From contig JALMLS010000478.1 of the NCBI GenBank assembly GCA_038496445.1, positions 62,001-126,000 on the forward strand: a stretch of 64,000 nt of DNA, in the 5' to 3' direction. Within the stretch, counting starts at the first letter, position 1. Each line of letters starts with the position of its first letter. The translations under genes were made by a program, and so were the position numbers. Of the stretch, positions 62,700 to 64,000 are shown in pieces. The notes below the pieces were generated by a model. It ran no database searches. It was given only the letters and a program-made list of their open reading frames with translations, and was not told the origin of the DNA. The stretch comes from Trichosphaerium sp. ATCC 40318 (Eukaryota; Protista; Tubulinea).

Positions 62700-64000
62700 T
62701 TTCTAAACAAACTAGATACTCCCCGTAACTAGAACTATAATTAAACTATGCAATTTTTGAATTCGACGCACGTGATGGCTTGAGGAAGACAGTTTTAAAA
62801 AAATGTTTTCCGAATCTAGTGTGATCTGTTCTCATTGTTTGTTACAACCAATGACGACAACACCACTATCAATATAGTATATCAATATCAGATCCAAAGG
62901 TCCTCGTAAATCCTTTTAAAAGCGAAGTGAAGTTTTGCAGTATTTACACTAACAAAACTTGTACACTAACGTTAGATTTATTTTATCAGTGGCCTTGTAC
63001 ACGTTCAGGCCAAAATGAAAGGTGTACTTTGGATTTTTATCGGTCCAGCTGTCAAAAACCGATTCTCCTTAACACCTACATACAACATACCTTTAAGACG
63101 CTTATACAGTTTCTCTCAAGCTAAAAGAGCCATAAAACAATGCACTCAAAATGATCAAACAGCGTTGATGATGTATGATTTTTCAGTGGCCTATCTTTGT
63201 ACAAGTTTTATATGTGCTTTACAATACATTTAAAGTATTTTAACATTGTATTTTTCATTTGCGTTGCTTTTCTTGAAAAACCGATTCTAAACCGTTAACA
63301 CCTGACATACCAGTATTGTAAATTTTAGTATTCAGTGTTTTCAGGCAAGTGCGGCTGTACTATCTATTTGACTAGTCCTGCTACTGGCTTAAGATATTGT
63401 ACTAGCCTCTGTATATGTCAGTGTGCTTTTCACAAGTACCATACCAGCCTAAAAGCAAATTAATGAAGAAAAAAAAAAAACCACAATACCAATGCTTAGC
63501 TACTGGCCTTTTCATGGTTAACGTCAATCTGTATTCTTTAGATTTCAAGCTGGTTCAGACAAGGGTGTTAAGCACTTAGTTGGTGCTTCAAGAGCGTTGC
63601 ACCATCATGGAGCTGCGCCAGATAGCGGCAAGATCGTTCATAGCTTCATCGTTCAGACTAAGTACGATTCCACAGAAAACGAGTAAATAACAAACAAGCA
63701 AACAAAATAACCACCCTGTTTGCTTTACTGCACTTTTCACTACCTGTTACTATGCGAACCATCATGATTTTTCTGTAACACCCAAACGGCACGTGGTGAT
63801 TACAATAATTTCGAAGAACCAGACAATCTATCACCACGACTGAACCACCTTAAATTATTGTATTCAAGGGCAGATAGACTGTAATATCGGTAGACCTCTT
63901 TTAGGCGGTCCTTGTAATTCTTCCCTGTGTAAATAATTACATTAACATTCGTTCCTAAACATCAATTACACGGTACCCAACGAAACAACATACACGGAGT

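Noticed and set aside
63540-63662. Open plus-strand exon-like segment near the window end
   Set aside because: Too little context to define a gene or product
1-64000. CRISPR arrays, rRNA or tRNA genes, alternative genetic code
   Set aside because: No repeat-spacer array or recognisable rRNA/tRNA seen; in-frame stops are explained by introns or pseudogenes

Overview
AT-rich eukaryotic DNA with short GT-AG introns, most consistent with a free-living protist (possibly amoebozoan; inferred from gene content). The window is dominated by six copies of an uncharacterised type-I membrane protein: signal peptide, right-handed beta-helix coils, Cys-rich module, Pro/Thr stalk, one TM helix and a short basic tail. 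Short hypervariable windows alternate with near-identical framework and introns, and copies differ in coil number, modules and intron content. The copies lie in a repeatedly duplicated and inverted cassette that also carries a small secreted 11-12-Cys peptide gene (3 copies), granulin genes and F-box genes. One copy is disrupted by a 247-bp MITE and by a full-length Ty3/Gypsy element with identical 93-bp LTRs and a 4-bp TSD. Single-copy genes: PAK/STE20-like kinase (partial), DUF4397-like secreted protein, two GST-fold proteins, a Zn-finger protein, Cdc14-like phosphatase, M14 carboxypeptidase, a decayed class C GPCR, a frameshifted F-box/MORN gene, and a bacterial-like domain split by a calponin-homology domain. 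CACGTG is strongly over-represented. Exon structures and coordinates were read by eye and family assignments come from motif recall, not searches.
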